Shown here in pieces: positions 1 to 10,696 of a stretch of 32,000 nt of DNA (position 1 is its first letter; each line of letters starts with the position of its first letter). The notes below the pieces were generated by a model. The model searched no databases. It was not told the DNA's origin and worked only from the letters and a program-made list of their open reading frames with translations. Source of the stretch: Prochlorococcus sp. MIT 0801 (lineage in GTDB: Bacteria > Cyanobacteriota > Cyanobacteriia > PCC-6307 > Cyanobiaceae); contig NZ_CP007754.1 of assembly GCF_000757865.1 (NCBI RefSeq), forward strand, positions 1,350,001 to 1,382,000, read 5' to 3'. The position numbers and the translations under genes are program-made.

Positions 1-33
1 GACTGCAGCGATTCCAAAAATTTCTGATGCCAT
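1..33 (-). CDS. petM: 5' end (11 codons) of a small CDS that runs off the window; probably cytochrome b6f subunit PetM
   Basis: The reverse complement of 1-33 reads ATG GCA TCA GAA ATT TTT GGA ATC GCT GCA GTC, giving MASEIFGIAAV. This matches my memory of the PetM N-terminus in marine picocyanobacteria. Only 11 codons are visible. Confidence 0.4.
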   Translation of the reverse strand, partial: MASEIFGIAAV

Positions 34-175
34 TCAGATAACTTAACTCATTACTATTAAAACCTAAAGACCTTACATTCAGGCCACAATCGAAAGGCAT
101 GAGCAAATTTTTAAAATAAACTTAAAATGAAACTATAAATAATAAAAAACAAAGTTAAAGTAATTTTTGATCTAA

Positions 176-1147
176 ATGCAGCAAAATATTCTTAATAAAG
201 AGTCTTTAATGGGATCTCCAGATTGGGGTGAGTCTAAATATTGGAGCTACAAAGATCTTAGGGTTCACTTCAGAGAGACTGGAAAGGAATCTGATCCTCC
301 CATAGTTTTAGTTCATGGGTTTGGAGCTAGCTGTGATCACTGGAGAAATAATGCAGAAATATTTGCATCAGAAGGTTTTAGGGTCTTCGGAATAGATTTA
401 ATTGGTTTTGGGAAATCAGAGCAAAATCTTCCAAGAAAAATAAATCATTTAGATAATCAATTTTGGGCAAATCAATTAGCTTCTTTTCTTGATGAAATTG
501 TAGACATTCAAAAGAACGGAAAGGTTATATTGATTGGAAATTCATTGGGAGCTTTAACAGCAATAACAATTCTCTCTAACAGACCAGAGTTAATAAAAAC
601 AATAATTGCAGCACCACTACCAGAGCCAGTTTTTGTTAATCCAATTAAATTTTATTTTCCAAATTGGCTTTTAAAAGTTAAAAGTTTTTTGATAAAGATT
701 GTATTTCATTTATTTCCACTTAAAGCCTTAGTAAATTTAATATCAAAAACAAAATTAATTACTTTTGCTCTTCAAAGCGCCTATTTTCGCACAATTTCAA
801 ATGACACTGCACTAAAAAGGATAGTTACAGTCCCTGCCAGGAGAGTCAATGCCTCCAAAGCTCTTAGAGCTATGTGCATAGGAATGAGCAATAGACCAAA
901 TTCTGCAAAAGGTCCGTCTATTATTGACAAAATTCAAAACCTACCAAATCGTCCACCAATTTTATTAATTTGGGGCAAACAGGATAAATTGATACCTATA
1001 TTTTTAGCAAAAAAACTAATAAAGCTCCATCCTTGGATTAAATTAACGGTAATTAATGAATCAGGCCATTGTCCCCACGATGAATTACCGGAACATTTCA
1101 ATCAAATTGTTATGAGATGGCTTAAGAGCTTAAAAACTTCTAAGTAA
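176..1147 (+). CDS. alpha/beta-fold hydrolase
   Basis: 323-aa ORF with an ATG start. It has an HGFGAS oxyanion-hole motif, a GNSLG nucleophile elbow and a C-terminal GHCPHDE motif, typical of the alpha/beta hydrolase family. Confidence 0.85.
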   Translation: MQQNILNKESLMGSPDWGESKYWSYKDLRVHFRETGKESDPPIVLVHGFGASCDHWRNNAEIFASEGFRVFGIDLIGFGKSEQNLPRKINHLDNQFWANQLASFLDEIVDIQKNGKVILIGNSLGALTAITILSNRPELIKTIIAAPLPEPVFVNPIKFYFPNWLLKVKSFLIKIVFHLFPLKALVNLISKTKLITFALQSAYFRTISNDTALKRIVTVPARRVNASKALRAMCIGMSNRPNSAKGPSIIDKIQNLPNRPPILLIWGKQDKLIPIFLAKKLIKLHPWIKLTVINESGHCPHDELPEHFNQIVMRWLKSLKTSK

Positions 1148-1151
1148 AAAT

Positions 1152-1655
1152 ATGAAGCACACACTTTCAGTTTTAGTTGAGGATGAGTCTGGAGCATTAA
1201 GCAGGATTGCAGGCCTTTTTGCACGTAGAGGATTTAATATTGACAGCCTTGCTGTTGGTCCTGCAGAAGCCAAAGGGATATCTAGATTAACAATGGTCGT
1301 TCAAGGTGACGAATCGACGCTTCAACAAATGACCAAACAACTCAACAAATTAATAAATGTTTTAGAAGTTCTCGATTTAACAACTTTACCTGCTGTAGAA
1401 AGAGAGTTAATGCTCTTGAAAGTCTCGGCATCATCTCAAAACAGAGGAAAAATATTAGATCTTGTTCAAGTCTTTAGAGCAAAAGTTGTAGATGTTTCGG
1501 ATAGTGCTCTGACACTTGAAGTTGTTGGAGATCCAGGCAAACTTGTTGCTCTAGAAAATTTATTGAAGCCTTATGGAATTTTAGAAATCGCGAGAACAGG
1601 TAAAGTTGCTCTTAAGAGGGCCTCAGGTGTAAACACAGAAATGTTAAAAAGCTAA
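1152..1655 (+). CDS. ilvH: acetolactate synthase small (regulatory) subunit
   Basis: 167 aa. The N-terminal ACT domain reads [34 protein letters not shown], characteristic of IlvH/IlvN. It starts 4 nt after the preceding stop. Confidence 0.9.
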   Translation: MKHTLSVLVEDESGALSRIAGLFARRGFNIDSLAVGPAEAKGISRLTMVVQGDESTLQQMTKQLNKLINVLEVLDLTTLPAVERELMLLKVSASSQNRGKILDLVQVFRAKVVDVSDSALTLEVVGDPGKLVALENLLKPYGILEIARTGKVALKRASGVNTEMLKS

Positions 1656-1671
1656 AAATTAATAGTTTCCC

Positions 1672-2382
1672 TCAAGGTTCAACTCTTTTAGCTTCAATTA
1701 TAAAATCTTCTTCTTGAATTATATCAACTACATTCATACCATTAATCACTTTTCCAAAGACAGCATACCTTCCATCAAGTTCAGGTAAAGACTTTAGTAA
1801 AATATAAAACTGCAAATTTGCTGAATTTACTGATTTAGACCTCGCCATAGATAAATATGATCTTTTATGCTTAAGTTCAATATTATTTATTTGACTAGGC
1901 GCATCAATTTCTTTTCCATATATTGGTAAATTTTTCGTCTTTAGTTTTATTTCCAAGGGAATATATCTTTTCCTTCCTGTTTTAGTATCTATAAACTTAT
2001 TTTGATTTCCTATTGAAGTATTGTCTCCGCCTCTTACGATAAAAGGGTAAGGTTGGTTAATAACCCTATTAAAAATTGTTTTATTATAGGCACCTTTTTC
2101 TACAAAATCTATAAAGTTTCCAACGGTTATTGGAGCAGATTTTCCATATAGTTCTAGCGTTATCTTTCCTTTATTAGTAATTAATAAAACATATTCATTT
2201 GAATCTATGCATGGGAGTTTTGTCTTAGAACATATATTTATATCTTCACTTTTATTTATACTTGAACATCCTGATATTAAAAATAAATTGACAACTAGAA
2301 AGATATAAACTGGTTGAAAAATCTTATAAGTTAAAATTGAATTATTTGAAAGTCTTATAATTTTGTTTTTAAATTCCTTCAA
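1672..2382 (-). CDS. cyclophilin-type peptidyl-prolyl cis-trans isomerase with an N-terminal membrane/lipoprotein-like signal
   Basis: 236 aa. Cyclophilin motifs are present (FNRVI..., SMAR..., [20 protein letters not shown]). The N-terminus is hydrophobic and ends in ISGCSS, which looks like a lipobox. Confidence 0.85.
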   Translation of the reverse strand: MKEFKNKIIRLSNNSILTYKIFQPVYIFLVVNLFLISGCSSINKSEDINICSKTKLPCIDSNEYVLLITNKGKITLELYGKSAPITVGNFIDFVEKGAYNKTIFNRVINQPYPFIVRGGDNTSIGNQNKFIDTKTGRKRYIPLEIKLKTKNLPIYGKEIDAPSQINNIELKHKRSYLSMARSKSVNSANLQFYILLKSLPELDGRYAVFGKVINGMNVVDIIQEEDFIIEAKRVEP

Positions 2383-2944
2383 GATTAACCTCTAAAAACC
2401 TCGCAATTTCAGCACCCTCATTCTCTAAATCTAATAATGGTTTAGGAGATCCAACTCTGGATATTGGTAAATCCTTCCTACCTTTAATTCTCAAAGATAC
2501 TCTCCTAAGTGGATTAAAACCTTCTCTTACCTCTAATTTCACAGCTTTAATCTCATCAATGGGGATTTCTATTTCGATATTCCTTAATAAACCTCTCCGA
2601 GACAAAGATAAAACTCCTTTATTTTTATCAAATCTATTTATGCCAGAACCATAATCGATGCTTATAAGTCTCCAAAAATAAATAGCCAATAAGAAAGCCG
2701 CTACACCATAAAGACCCATAACCAATCCTTGAGGAACAAAAATCAGGGTAGAAGGATTTCCTAGTGGTAAAAAGTCTCTTCCAAAATAACTAGAGAATGA
2801 AGCCAACAAAAAACCAACCCCGCCGATAGTTAGCATCGAAGCAACAAGATAGTTCGAAACCTTACGCGAACCTTTAATTTTCTGTTCCAGAACCAAACCA
2901 GATAACTCTTTTTCTGATTGGCTTAGCTTTGATTCAGATGACAT
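2369..2944 (-). CDS. ycf4: photosystem I assembly protein Ycf4
   Basis: 191 aa with two N-terminal TM helices and full-length resemblance to Ycf4 (RKVSNY..., [12 protein letters not shown]). Its 3' end overlaps the start of the downstream PPIase gene by 14 nt. Confidence 0.9.
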   Translation of the reverse strand: MSSESKLSQSEKELSGLVLEQKIKGSRKVSNYLVASMLTIGGVGFLLASFSSYFGRDFLPLGNPSTLIFVPQGLVMGLYGVAAFLLAIYFWRLISIDYGSGINRFDKNKGVLSLSRRGLLRNIEIEIPIDEIKAVKLEVREGFNPLRRVSLRIKGRKDLPISRVGSPKPLLDLENEGAEIARFLEVNLEGI

Positions 2945-3144
2945 AATCTAATGAAATTGGGAAGAACATCCCTTTCAAAACATTATAGAGACTAAGTTTT
3001 TGACTATTAATAAGTAGCAATAAAAAAAATTGATTTTATCTCATTTCAATACAAGGGATTTCATCAAGTTAAAGATTTACCCACAAACCCCGTCATCGTT
3101 GTTAAAGTCCTCGACGTATACAAAAGCTCAGCAACGCTCCTCCC

Positions 3145-4221
3145 ATGACGATCGCTGTTGGAAGCGCAACAGAACGAGGTTGGTTTGACGCCCTCGATGA
3201 CTGGTTAAAGCGCGACCGATTCGTATTTGTTGGTTGGTCTGGACTACTACTCTTCCCTACGGCTTTCCTAGCTATTGGTGGATGGTTTACAGGTACAACC
3301 TTCGTTTCTTCCTGGTACACCCATGGTGTAGCCAGTTCTTACCTTGAGGGATGCAATTTCCTCACAGCCGCTGTTAGTACTCCTGGCGATGCCATGGGTC
3401 ACAGTCTTCTATTCCTTTGGGGACCAGAAGCTCAGGGCGATTTAACACGTTGGTTCCAACTTGGTGGCCTTTGGAATTTCGTTGCTCTTCACGGCGCGTT
3501 TAGTCTTATCGGCTTCATGCTTCGTCAATTCGAAATTGCCAGACTAGTTGGTATCCGTCCATATAACGCACTTGCTTTCTCAGCAGTTATTGCAGTATTT
3601 ACTGCTTGCTTCCTTATCTATCCATTAGGACAGCACAGTTGGTTCTTCGCTCCTTCTTTTGGAGTTGCAGCAATATTCCGTTTCATCCTCTTCATTCAAG
3701 GATTCCACAACATTACGCTTAACCCATTCCACATGATGGGAGTAGCAGGAATTCTTGGTGGTGCTCTTCTTTGTGCTATTCACGGTGCAACAGTTCAGAA
3801 CACTCTTTATGAAGATTCAAGTCAGTACTCTGAAGGTAAAGCTCAGAGTTCAACATTTAGAGGTTTCGATCCAGTTCAAGAAGAAGAAACTTACTCATTT
3901 ATTACAGCAAACCGTTTCTGGAGTCAGATTTTCGGAATTGCTTTCTCAAATAAGCGTTTCCTTCACTTCTTGATGCTCTTCGTACCAGTAACAGGTATGT
4001 GGGCTGCATCAATTGGAATCGTTGGATTAGCTCTAAACCTTCGTGCTTACGACTTTGTTAGCCAAGAAATCAGAGCTGCTGAAGATCCTGAATTCGAAAC
4101 TTTCTACACAAAAAATATCCTTCTTAATGAAGGTATGCGTGCATGGATGTCTTCTGTAGACCAACCACACGAAAACTTTGTATTCCCTGAGGAGGTACTC
4201 CCACGTGGAAACGCCCTTTAA
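3145..4221 (+). CDS. psbD: photosystem II D2 protein
   Basis: 358 aa beginning [33 protein letters not shown] and ending [12 protein letters not shown], an unmistakable D2 sequence. GC is elevated compared with neighbouring genes. Confidence 0.97.
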   Translation: MTIAVGSATERGWFDALDDWLKRDRFVFVGWSGLLLFPTAFLAIGGWFTGTTFVSSWYTHGVASSYLEGCNFLTAAVSTPGDAMGHSLLFLWGPEAQGDLTRWFQLGGLWNFVALHGAFSLIGFMLRQFEIARLVGIRPYNALAFSAVIAVFTACFLIYPLGQHSWFFAPSFGVAAIFRFILFIQGFHNITLNPFHMMGVAGILGGALLCAIHGATVQNTLYEDSSQYSEGKAQSSTFRGFDPVQEEETYSFITANRFWSQIFGIAFSNKRFLHFLMLFVPVTGMWAASIGIVGLALNLRAYDFVSQEIRAAEDPEFETFYTKNILLNEGMRAWMSSVDQPHENFVFPEEVLPRGNAL

Positions 4222-5587
4222 TAGTTTACTCAACGCTCCTAATCAAAGTCTTGAAGAGACTGGTTACGCCTGGTATGTAGGAAATGCAAGGCTAATCAAT
4301 CTTTCAGGAAGACTTTTAGGCGCTCACATTGCTCACGCAGGACTAATTGTGTTCTGGGCAGGCGCGATGATGCTTTTCGAAGTAAGTCACTTCACCATGG
4401 ATAAACCCATGTGGGAACAAGGCTTAATTTGTATGCCTCACGTAGCCATGTTTGGATACGGCATTGGTCCAGGTGGAGAAGTCACAGATGTATGGCCTTT
4501 CTTCATTGCTGGTGTTATTCACCTAGTTGCATCTGGAATCCTTGGCTTTGGTGGTGTTTTTCACTCCCTCGCAGGTCCAGAGAAACTTGAAGAAGATTTC
4601 CCATTCTTCTCAACTGACTGGAGAGATAAAAACCAAATGACCAACATTCTTGGTTTTCATTTGGTTGTTCTAGGCGTTGGTGCTCTTCTATGGTCCATTA
4701 ACTGGATGTACATAGGTGGTGCATACGACACTTGGGCTCCTGGTGGAGGAGAAGTTAGGTTGATCAACCCAACACTCGATCCAAGAATTATTTTTGGATA
4801 TTTACTATCAACCCCTTGGGGTGGTGGTGGTTGGATGGTTGGTGTTAACTCAATGGAAGATATTGTCGGAGGACATGTTTACCTGGGAGTGATTGAAATA
4901 ATTGGTGGTCTTTTCCATATCTTCACTCAGCCTTATGGATGGGCAAGGAGAGCCTTTATCTGGAACGGTGAAGGACTTCTAAGTTATGCGTTAGGTGGAA
5001 TCTGTGTCGCAAGTTTTGTTGCCTCATGTTTCATCTGGTTTAACAACACTGCCTATCCATCTGAGTTCTACGGTCCAACAAACGCTGAAGCTTCTCAGGC
5101 CCAAAGTTTTACATTCCTAGTTCGCGACCAACGAATTGGAGCAAATGTAGGTTCAACAATGGGTCCGACTGGTTTAGGTAAATACCTAATGCGTTCTCCT
5201 ACTGGTGAAATCATCTTTGGTGGAGAGACTATGCGTTTTTGGGATTTCCGAGGACCTTGGCTTGAGCCTCTTAGAGGACCAAATGGTCTCAGCCTTGAGA
5301 AGATTCAAAATGATATTCAGCCTTGGCAGGTTCGCCGTGCTGCTGAATACATGACACATGCTCCAAACGCTTCTATCAACTCAGTTGGTGGAATCATTAC
5401 TGAGCCTAATGCTGTTAACTTTGTTAACTTGCGTCAATGGCTAGCAGGTGCTCAATTCTTCCTTGGTTGGTTTACTTTTGTAGGTCATCTTTGGCATGCT
5501 GGTCGTGCTAGAGCCGCTGCAGCTGGATTTGAAAAAGGTATCAGTCGTTCACAAGAGCCTGCTCTTTCAATGCCTGATCTAGATTAG
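4205..5587 (+). CDS. psbC: photosystem II CP43 chlorophyll apoprotein
   Basis: CP43 sequence (ETPFNS...[40 protein letters not shown]). I place the start at GTG 4205, which lies 9 nt downstream of GAGGAGG (4189-4195) inside psbD. The ORF track's TTG at 4178 is the alternative. The CDS overlaps psbD by 17 nt. Confidence 0.93.
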   Translation: METPFNSLLNAPNQSLEETGYAWYVGNARLINLSGRLLGAHIAHAGLIVFWAGAMMLFEVSHFTMDKPMWEQGLICMPHVAMFGYGIGPGGEVTDVWPFFIAGVIHLVASGILGFGGVFHSLAGPEKLEEDFPFFSTDWRDKNQMTNILGFHLVVLGVGALLWSINWMYIGGAYDTWAPGGGEVRLINPTLDPRIIFGYLLSTPWGGGGWMVGVNSMEDIVGGHVYLGVIEIIGGLFHIFTQPYGWARRAFIWNGEGLLSYALGGICVASFVASCFIWFNNTAYPSEFYGPTNAEASQAQSFTFLVRDQRIGANVGSTMGPTGLGKYLMRSPTGEIIFGGETMRFWDFRGPWLEPLRGPNGLSLEKIQNDIQPWQVRRAAEYMTHAPNASINSVGGIITEPNAVNFVNLRQWLAGAQFFLGWFTFVGHLWHAGRARAAAAGFEKGISRSQEPALSMPDLD

Positions 5588-5602
5588 ATCTCTTAATAAA
5601 TA

Positions 5603-5634
5603 AAAAAAGCCCTCTAATAAGAGGGCTTTTTTTA
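5603..5634. terminator. bidirectional Rho-independent terminator between convergent psbC and maf
   Basis: AGCCCTCT (5608-5615), AATA loop, AGAGGGCT (5620-5627). An A-run lies upstream and a T-run downstream. Confidence 0.8.
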
Positions 5635-5663
5635 TTGTTAAAAATATTTGACCTTAAAATTAT

Positions 5664-6299
5664 TTATCTATCTAAAAGCAAGCGAGATAAACCAAATTTT
5701 TCTAAATTATTTTTTAACCAAGGTAAGCTAAGACCAATAACGTTGCTAAAACATCCATCTATTTTTTTAATAAAAAGTCCTCCATTTCCCTCAATGGCAA
5801 AGCCTCCTGCACAATTGTATGGTTCTGAAGTTGAGGCATATTTATTAATCTCAAAATTGGATAAATTCATAAATTCAATTTTTGTGCTCACAACTCCCTC
5901 GCAACTATTATTTTGTGAAATACTTTCCATATCAGATTTAGAATTATCCAACGAAATCAAATAGTGACCAGTATGTAAGAAACCAGATTGACCAGACATT
6001 CTTTGCCATCTAGATATCAATTGCTCTTTATTAATTGGCTTTTCGAAAATTTCCCCCTTAAACTCAAACAAAGAATCACAACCTAATAAAGCTTGATAAG
6101 TATTTAAGACATGATTTTCTTCTATCAACTTTTTTAATGCACTGTCAGCTTTACCCTTGGCTAATAATTTGACCTTCAAAATTGGATCTGGTTCCTGAAG
6201 CTGTGTCTCATCAAAATCACTTACAATAACTTTGTGCCTCAAAGCTATTTGATCAAGTAATTTTTGACGTGCTTTGGATGCAGAGGCAAGCACAAACAT
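5664..6299 (-). CDS. maf: Maf-like nucleoside-triphosphate pyrophosphatase (septum formation protein family)
   Basis: 211 aa beginning FVLASASKARQKLL, with SDFDE, GCDS and GGFAIEG motifs typical of Maf. Confidence 0.85.
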   Translation of the reverse strand: MFVLASASKARQKLLDQIALRHKVIVSDFDETQLQEPDPILKVKLLAKGKADSALKKLIEENHVLNTYQALLGCDSLFEFKGEIFEKPINKEQLISRWQRMSGQSGFLHTGHYLISLDNSKSDMESISQNNSCEGVVSTKIEFMNLSNFEINKYASTSEPYNCAGGFAIEGNGGLFIKKIDGCFSNVIGLSLPWLKNNLEKFGLSRLLLDR

Positions 6300-6370
6300 A
6301 GAAAACTAAATTTTTTAATACTTACGATCATTATTGATCTTCTATTTAAAAAATAAATCCTTTTAATTAA

Positions 6371-6745
6371 ATGTTGCTGATTGACCAAAAAATCTTTAGA
6401 AGAGCAAAAAAAGGGATTAGGAATTGTCCCTTTAACTTACTTCTTTTTCAAAGTCTTCAAAAAGAGAGTCTTAGTGCTCAAGATGTTTTTGAAAATAAAT
6501 CAAAATATTTGAGACAGGAATTTATGTTTATCAATAGTTCTTTATTCATCGAGAATGAATTTCTTAAATTAATTAAAATTGGTGTATTAAGAAGGGAAGT
6601 TGATGGCCAAGGGCTTACTTCAAAAGTTCGTATTACACCAACAGGAAGAAAAGTACTAGAAAGCCATGCAGATTTATTTACTAAAAGATTATCGCTTATA
6701 AAAAAATTAATTAAATGCCTAAAGTATCAATTATCACCGAGATGA
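6371..6745 (+). CDS. hypothetical protein, probably translationally coupled to cobQ
   Basis: 124-aa ORF with an ATG start. Its TGA stop (6743-6745) overlaps the ATG at 6742 of cobQ as ATGA. I recognise no domain. Confidence 0.45.
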   Translation: MLLIDQKIFRRAKKGIRNCPFNLLLFQSLQKESLSAQDVFENKSKYLRQEFMFINSSLFIENEFLKLIKIGVLRREVDGQGLTSKVRITPTGRKVLESHADLFTKRLSLIKKLIKCLKYQLSPR

Positions 6746-8256
6746 ACATAGATCTCAAAAGGACTCCACTCATGGTTTTAGGAACCTCAAGTGGCGCAGG
6801 TAAAACGCTCATAGCTACTGCTATTTGTCGATGCTTAAAAAGGAAAGGGGAACAGCCAATACCTTTTAAGGGCCAAAACATGAGCAATAACGCTTGGGTT
6901 GATACGAAGGGAAGAGAAATGGCATATTCTCAAGCCCTTCAATCCTGGTCTGCAGGCTTAGAGCCAAGTGCTGAAATGAATCCTGTGCTTCTAAAGCCAA
7001 AAGGGGATTGTACAAGTGAAGTAATTCATCTAGGCAAAAGTGTCGGCACTAGCAGAGCGATCAATTATTACGAAGACTGGTTCGATTCAGGATGGGAGGC
7101 TATTAAAAAAGGCCTAGCAATATTATTAAAGAGTAAAACCGACGGAAGACTGATTATTGAAGGGGCTGGAAGTCCCGTAGAAGTGAATTTGCAACATAAA
7201 GATCTTACAAATTTGAAATTAGCAAAATTTCTAAATGCAAATTGTATTTTAGTAGCAGATATTGAAAGAGGAGGCGTTTTTGCTCAGATCATTGGAACAA
7301 TTGCATTGATGAAACCTGATGAAAAAAAATTAATTAAAGGAATAATTATTAATAGATTCAGAGGTGACAAAGCCTTATTCGAATCAGGCGTCACATGGAT
7401 AGAAAAAGAAACAGGAATCCCAGTTTTAGGAATATTACCGTGGCTAAAAGAGATTTTTCCACCTGAAGATTCCCTTGACTTACTTGAAAGGAAACAAATA
7501 AATCAAAGTGCAGAAATAGAAATAGCAATAATAAAATTACCTAGGATTAGCAATTTTTCTGATTTAGATCCTTTCTTTAGCGATTCAAGTATTCAAATGC
7601 GATGGATAGAACCTGGACAAGACCTAGGTAATCCAGATGTATTAATAATTCCTGGAAGCAAACAAACAATTAAAGATTTAGAAAGTCTAAATAAAACTGG
7701 TTTGAGCAATCAAATAAAAAATTATGCCAAAAAAGGGGGAAATATTTTTGGCATATGTGGAGGGTTACAAATGCTAGGAAAAACATTGGAAGACCCACAC
7801 AAGCAGGAAAGTATTAATGAAATAAGTGCATCTTCAAATATGGGGATGAACCTTTTGCCAATCAAAACAACTTTTGGAGAAAGCAAGCACACCTCTCAAA
7901 GAGAAGAAAAAGTTTCATGGCCAGGTTCTCAGAATATAAAGGGGTTTGAAATGCATTACGGGGAAAGTAAGTTGATCAATAATAAAGATTCCGAAATTAT
8001 TTCACTATTTAAAAACAGTTCTTTAGGGTGGGTAATTGAAAAAAAAGATAAAAGTTTTATTGGAGGAACTTATTTACATGGCATTTTTGAAAATGATGAA
8101 TGGCGTAGGCAATGGATCAATAAAATAAGACAGAAAAAGGGATTAAATCATTTAAGAATTGATGAAGAGAATAATAATGATAAAAGAGAAAAATTATTAG
8201 ATTTATTAACTGATGCCTTCGAAAAAAATATAAATATAGATATTTTAATCAAATGA
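6742..8256 (+). CDS. cobQ: cobyric acid synthase
   Basis: P-loop-like GTSSGAGKT followed by a C-terminal glutamine amidotransferase domain (GICGGLQMLG, YLHGIFEN). I prefer the start at ATG 6742 because of the ATGA overlap; the in-frame ATG at 6715 is the alternative. Confidence 0.9.
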   Translation: MNIDLKRTPLMVLGTSSGAGKTLIATAICRCLKRKGEQPIPFKGQNMSNNAWVDTKGREMAYSQALQSWSAGLEPSAEMNPVLLKPKGDCTSEVIHLGKSVGTSRAINYYEDWFDSGWEAIKKGLAILLKSKTDGRLIIEGAGSPVEVNLQHKDLTNLKLAKFLNANCILVADIERGGVFAQIIGTIALMKPDEKKLIKGIIINRFRGDKALFESGVTWIEKETGIPVLGILPWLKEIFPPEDSLDLLERKQINQSAEIEIAIIKLPRISNFSDLDPFFSDSSIQMRWIEPGQDLGNPDVLIIPGSKQTIKDLESLNKTGLSNQIKNYAKKGGNIFGICGGLQMLGKTLEDPHKQESINEISASSNMGMNLLPIKTTFGESKHTSQREEKVSWPGSQNIKGFEMHYGESKLINNKDSEIISLFKNSSLGWVIEKKDKSFIGGTYLHGIFENDEWRRQWINKIRQKKGLNHLRIDEENNNDKREKLLDLLTDAFEKNINIDILIK

Positions 8257-8264
8257 TTTAAACA

Positions 8265-8498
8265 ATGAATACTGTAAAAATTAACTGGCCTAATAAGAAA
8301 TCAAGCAATTGTTCTCCTGGAGATGATTGGTTAAAAGCTGCCTATGAAGCTGATATCGAGATTCCTACTGGATGCCTAGGAGGAAGCTGCGGTGCTTGCG
8401 AAATAGAAGTCAACGGAGAAGTTGTACGTGCATGTATTGCTAATGTTCCAAACAAAAAAGAACTAAATGTTGAATTTTTTAGTGATCCTTATTGGTAA
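8265..8498 (+). CDS. small 2Fe-2S ferredoxin-like protein
   Basis: 77 aa containing the cysteine cluster CLGGSCGACEIEVNGEVVRAC, typical of plant-type 2Fe-2S domains. Confidence 0.7.
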   Translation: MNTVKINWPNKKSSNCSPGDDWLKAAYEADIEIPTGCLGGSCGACEIEVNGEVVRACIANVPNKKELNVEFFSDPYW

Positions 8499-8675
8499 AA
8501 AAAAAATCCAACTTTTTGATAATCAATATTATTTCTATGCTCTTCTAATAGCTCTAATAGAATCTTTATAATCTTCTATTTTATACTTTAATTCACTAAT
8601 AAGCTTTATTCATTTATCACCTCGTCTCTTCTTATTTCACTAATAACTTTTTTATAATCTGGGATTAAGATTAAA
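8451..8675. repeat. left copy of an approximately 225-bp direct repeat (ferredoxin 3' end plus a degraded 3' end of the TPR-like gene)
   Basis: Aligns by eye with 11978-12200. Shared strings include aacaaaaaagaa...agtgatccttattggtaaaaaaaa...tccaactttttgataatcaata...ctcttctaatagct.taatagaa.ctttataatct.ctattttatacttt...ctaataagct...tatcacctc...acttttttataatctg. I estimate roughly 85-90% identity. Confidence 0.85.
8523..8672 (-). pseudogene. degraded fragment of the 3' end of a paralogue of CDS 12050..12691
   Basis: The reverse complement reads ...AGA AGA GCA TAG AAA TAA TAT TGA, whereas the intact copy reads AGA AGA GCA GAG AAA TAT TAT TGA (RRAEKYY*). The frame is interrupted by stops and no long ORF remains. 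Confidence 0.6.
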
Positions 8676-8719
8676 AAAAATATATAAGGAAAGTACAAAA
8701 ATATTCTTTCCTAATAGTT

Positions 8720-10576
8720 TCAAGACAGTAACTCTTTTAATTTCTGTTCTAATTCTTTAGTATATAATTTAGAATTAAAAAGATTTGATGATTCTCTTTG
8801 ATTCCTTAGTTTATCTTTTAAAAGTTTAATTTTATCTGGATTCATTGCAAGATTTAGCGCTAATTGTTCATATTCATCTTCACTATGAGTAATAAGTTCT
8901 GGTAAGCCAATAGATGTAAGCAAGCTAGCAGATACTCTTGCAGCAAAGCTCTCGCCAATTTTAGTTAAGACTGGCAGCCCTGACCAAAGGGCATCGGATG
9001 TTGTTGTGTGTCCGTTATAGTTAAATGTATCTAAGCCAATATCTCCAAGTGAATGCCTGGCAAGATGCTTTTCTAAAGGCAACCTATCAGCGAATACTAA
9101 ACTTTGAGGATCTACATTCCTTTTTTTTGCCTCTAAATATAAATTTTCAACAGACCATTTATTAGATTTGTAGAGCCAAAGAACACTTCCCTTTACTTTT
9201 TTAAGAAGCCTCATCCAAATATCGAATTCTTTGAATGTAATTTTTTTTGTTGCATTAAAACAAGTAAATACTATTCCTTTTTCAGGAAGTTGAAAATCTG
9301 TACGTTTAAATTTATCTTTAGAAATTACTTTCTTATTATCATTGCATTGGTAACAATGTGGCATTCTTATTATCTTTTCTGAATAGAATTTTTCATATTT
9401 TTTGGGAATTATAATATTGTCAGCTATAATATAGTCAATAGAACTTGATCCTAGTGTACCTGGATAACCAAGATAATTAATTTGAATAGGAGCAATACGA
9501 TAAGAAAAAATAGACATCCTATTATTATTTGTATATCCCATGAGATCTACAGCTATATCAATTTGATCATCTCGAACTAATTTAACTACATCTAAATCAC
9601 TTATCCCATATAAATATTTTAATGAAAATACAAATTTTTTTAAACTTTTTGTGAATTTATTTTCTTCAGCATTAAATGAATATATATATATATCGAAACT
9701 AGAATTATCATGTAATTCAAAAATCCTATATATCAAATGCATCACAGGATGATCTTTAAAGTCTGCAGAAAAATAACCGATACGAATTTTTTTATGTTTT
9801 TTATTTTTAATAAGTTTTTCTTGTCGAGCAAATCTTTTTTTATAAAGATTTTGGGATCTTTGTAATTGCTTAGAAGCGTTATCTTCAGCATACATTGTAC
9901 TCATCGGTTCAATTGAACCACCCTTTATACCTAAATCTTTTAGCCAATAATTCTGATTATTTAAATCACTCCAATCACATATTTGTGCTTTACATTCAAT
10001 TAACACGGACTTTGCCTTTGCAAAATCAGGATTTAATTCTAAAGCTTTTTTATAATTGAATATTGCCTCAGGGTAATCACCTGAAGCCCTTAAAGTATTT
10101 GCCAAATTAAAGTATGCATCTGTAAAAAAAGGATCTAATTCAATAGCTTTTTTTAATACACTTTCAGATTCTTTTAATTTGCCAAGATCTTTATAAATCG
10201 TTCCTATATGAGAATATGCATGAGGGCTTTGGGGATATAAGTTAATTGATTTTAGATAGAGCTCGATTGCCTTATTTAATTGACCAGACGTCTGAAAAAT
10301 AATTCCATAATTTGCGAAAACACTAGGATCGGAATAACCTTGATCTAAAAATAATTGATAATATTTAGAAGCTTCTAAGTAATTTCCTTTTATCATTGAG
10401 CTATTTGCCTGCGTTATGATTTCTTCTTTATTAAATTTAATAGAACTATTTGTATAAAAAACAGAATTTTCAGCTATTTTATCAAGAGAAAAAGGGACAA
10501 AAAATAAATCCTTACAACTAAGATTCGCTTTTAATATGATTTTTTTGTTTCGTTGTACCAATCTCGATACTTGCAA
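8720..10576 (-). CDS. TPR-repeat protein fused to a GT41 (SPINDLY / O-GlcNAc transferase-like) glycosyltransferase domain
   Basis: 618 aa. N-terminal TPRs (YYQLFLDQGYSDP, AIELYLKSINLYPQSPHAY, ALELNPDFAKA) are followed by a C-terminal GT41-like region (IRIGYFSADF, NYLGYPGTLG, FTCFNATKKIT, GHTTTSDALWSGLPVLT). No ATG precedes the first TPR. The ORF track starts at TTG 10576, so the 5' end is uncertain. Confidence 0.8.
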   Translation of the reverse strand: MQVSRLVQRNKKIILKANLSCKDLFFVPFSLDKIAENSVFYTNSSIKFNKEEIITQANSSMIKGNYLEASKYYQLFLDQGYSDPSVFANYGIIFQTSGQLNKAIELYLKSINLYPQSPHAYSHIGTIYKDLGKLKESESVLKKAIELDPFFTDAYFNLANTLRASGDYPEAIFNYKKALELNPDFAKAKSVLIECKAQICDWSDLNNQNYWLKDLGIKGGSIEPMSTMYAEDNASKQLQRSQNLYKKRFARQEKLIKNKKHKKIRIGYFSADFKDHPVMHLIYRIFELHDNSSFDIYIYSFNAEENKFTKSLKKFVFSLKYLYGISDLDVVKLVRDDQIDIAVDLMGYTNNNRMSIFSYRIAPIQINYLGYPGTLGSSSIDYIIADNIIIPKKYEKFYSEKIIRMPHCYQCNDNKKVISKDKFKRTDFQLPEKGIVFTCFNATKKITFKEFDIWMRLLKKVKGSVLWLYKSNKWSVENLYLEAKKRNVDPQSLVFADRLPLEKHLARHSLGDIGLDTFNYNGHTTTSDALWSGLPVLTKIGESFAARVSASLLTSIGLPELITHSEDEYEQLALNLAMNPDKIKLLKDKLRNQRESSNLFNSKLYTKELEQKLKELLS

Positions 10577-10696
10577 TAGCTTGATATTCTAAATATAGAC
10601 CAATAGAAGTCTTCAAAAGTTTAAATCTCTAAAATCATCATATAAATAAAATAATAAACGCAAAGCTAAGAACATATTACTACATAAAATAAAAAT

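Noticed and set aside
3102-4233. ORFs 3102..3320(-), 3755..3973(+) and 4033..4233(-)
   Set aside because: These are shadow or alternate frames within psbD. The D2 frame is unambiguous.
5635-5964. 109-aa plus-strand ORF
   Set aside because: It is entirely antisense to the well-supported maf gene and starts inside the psbC terminator T-run.
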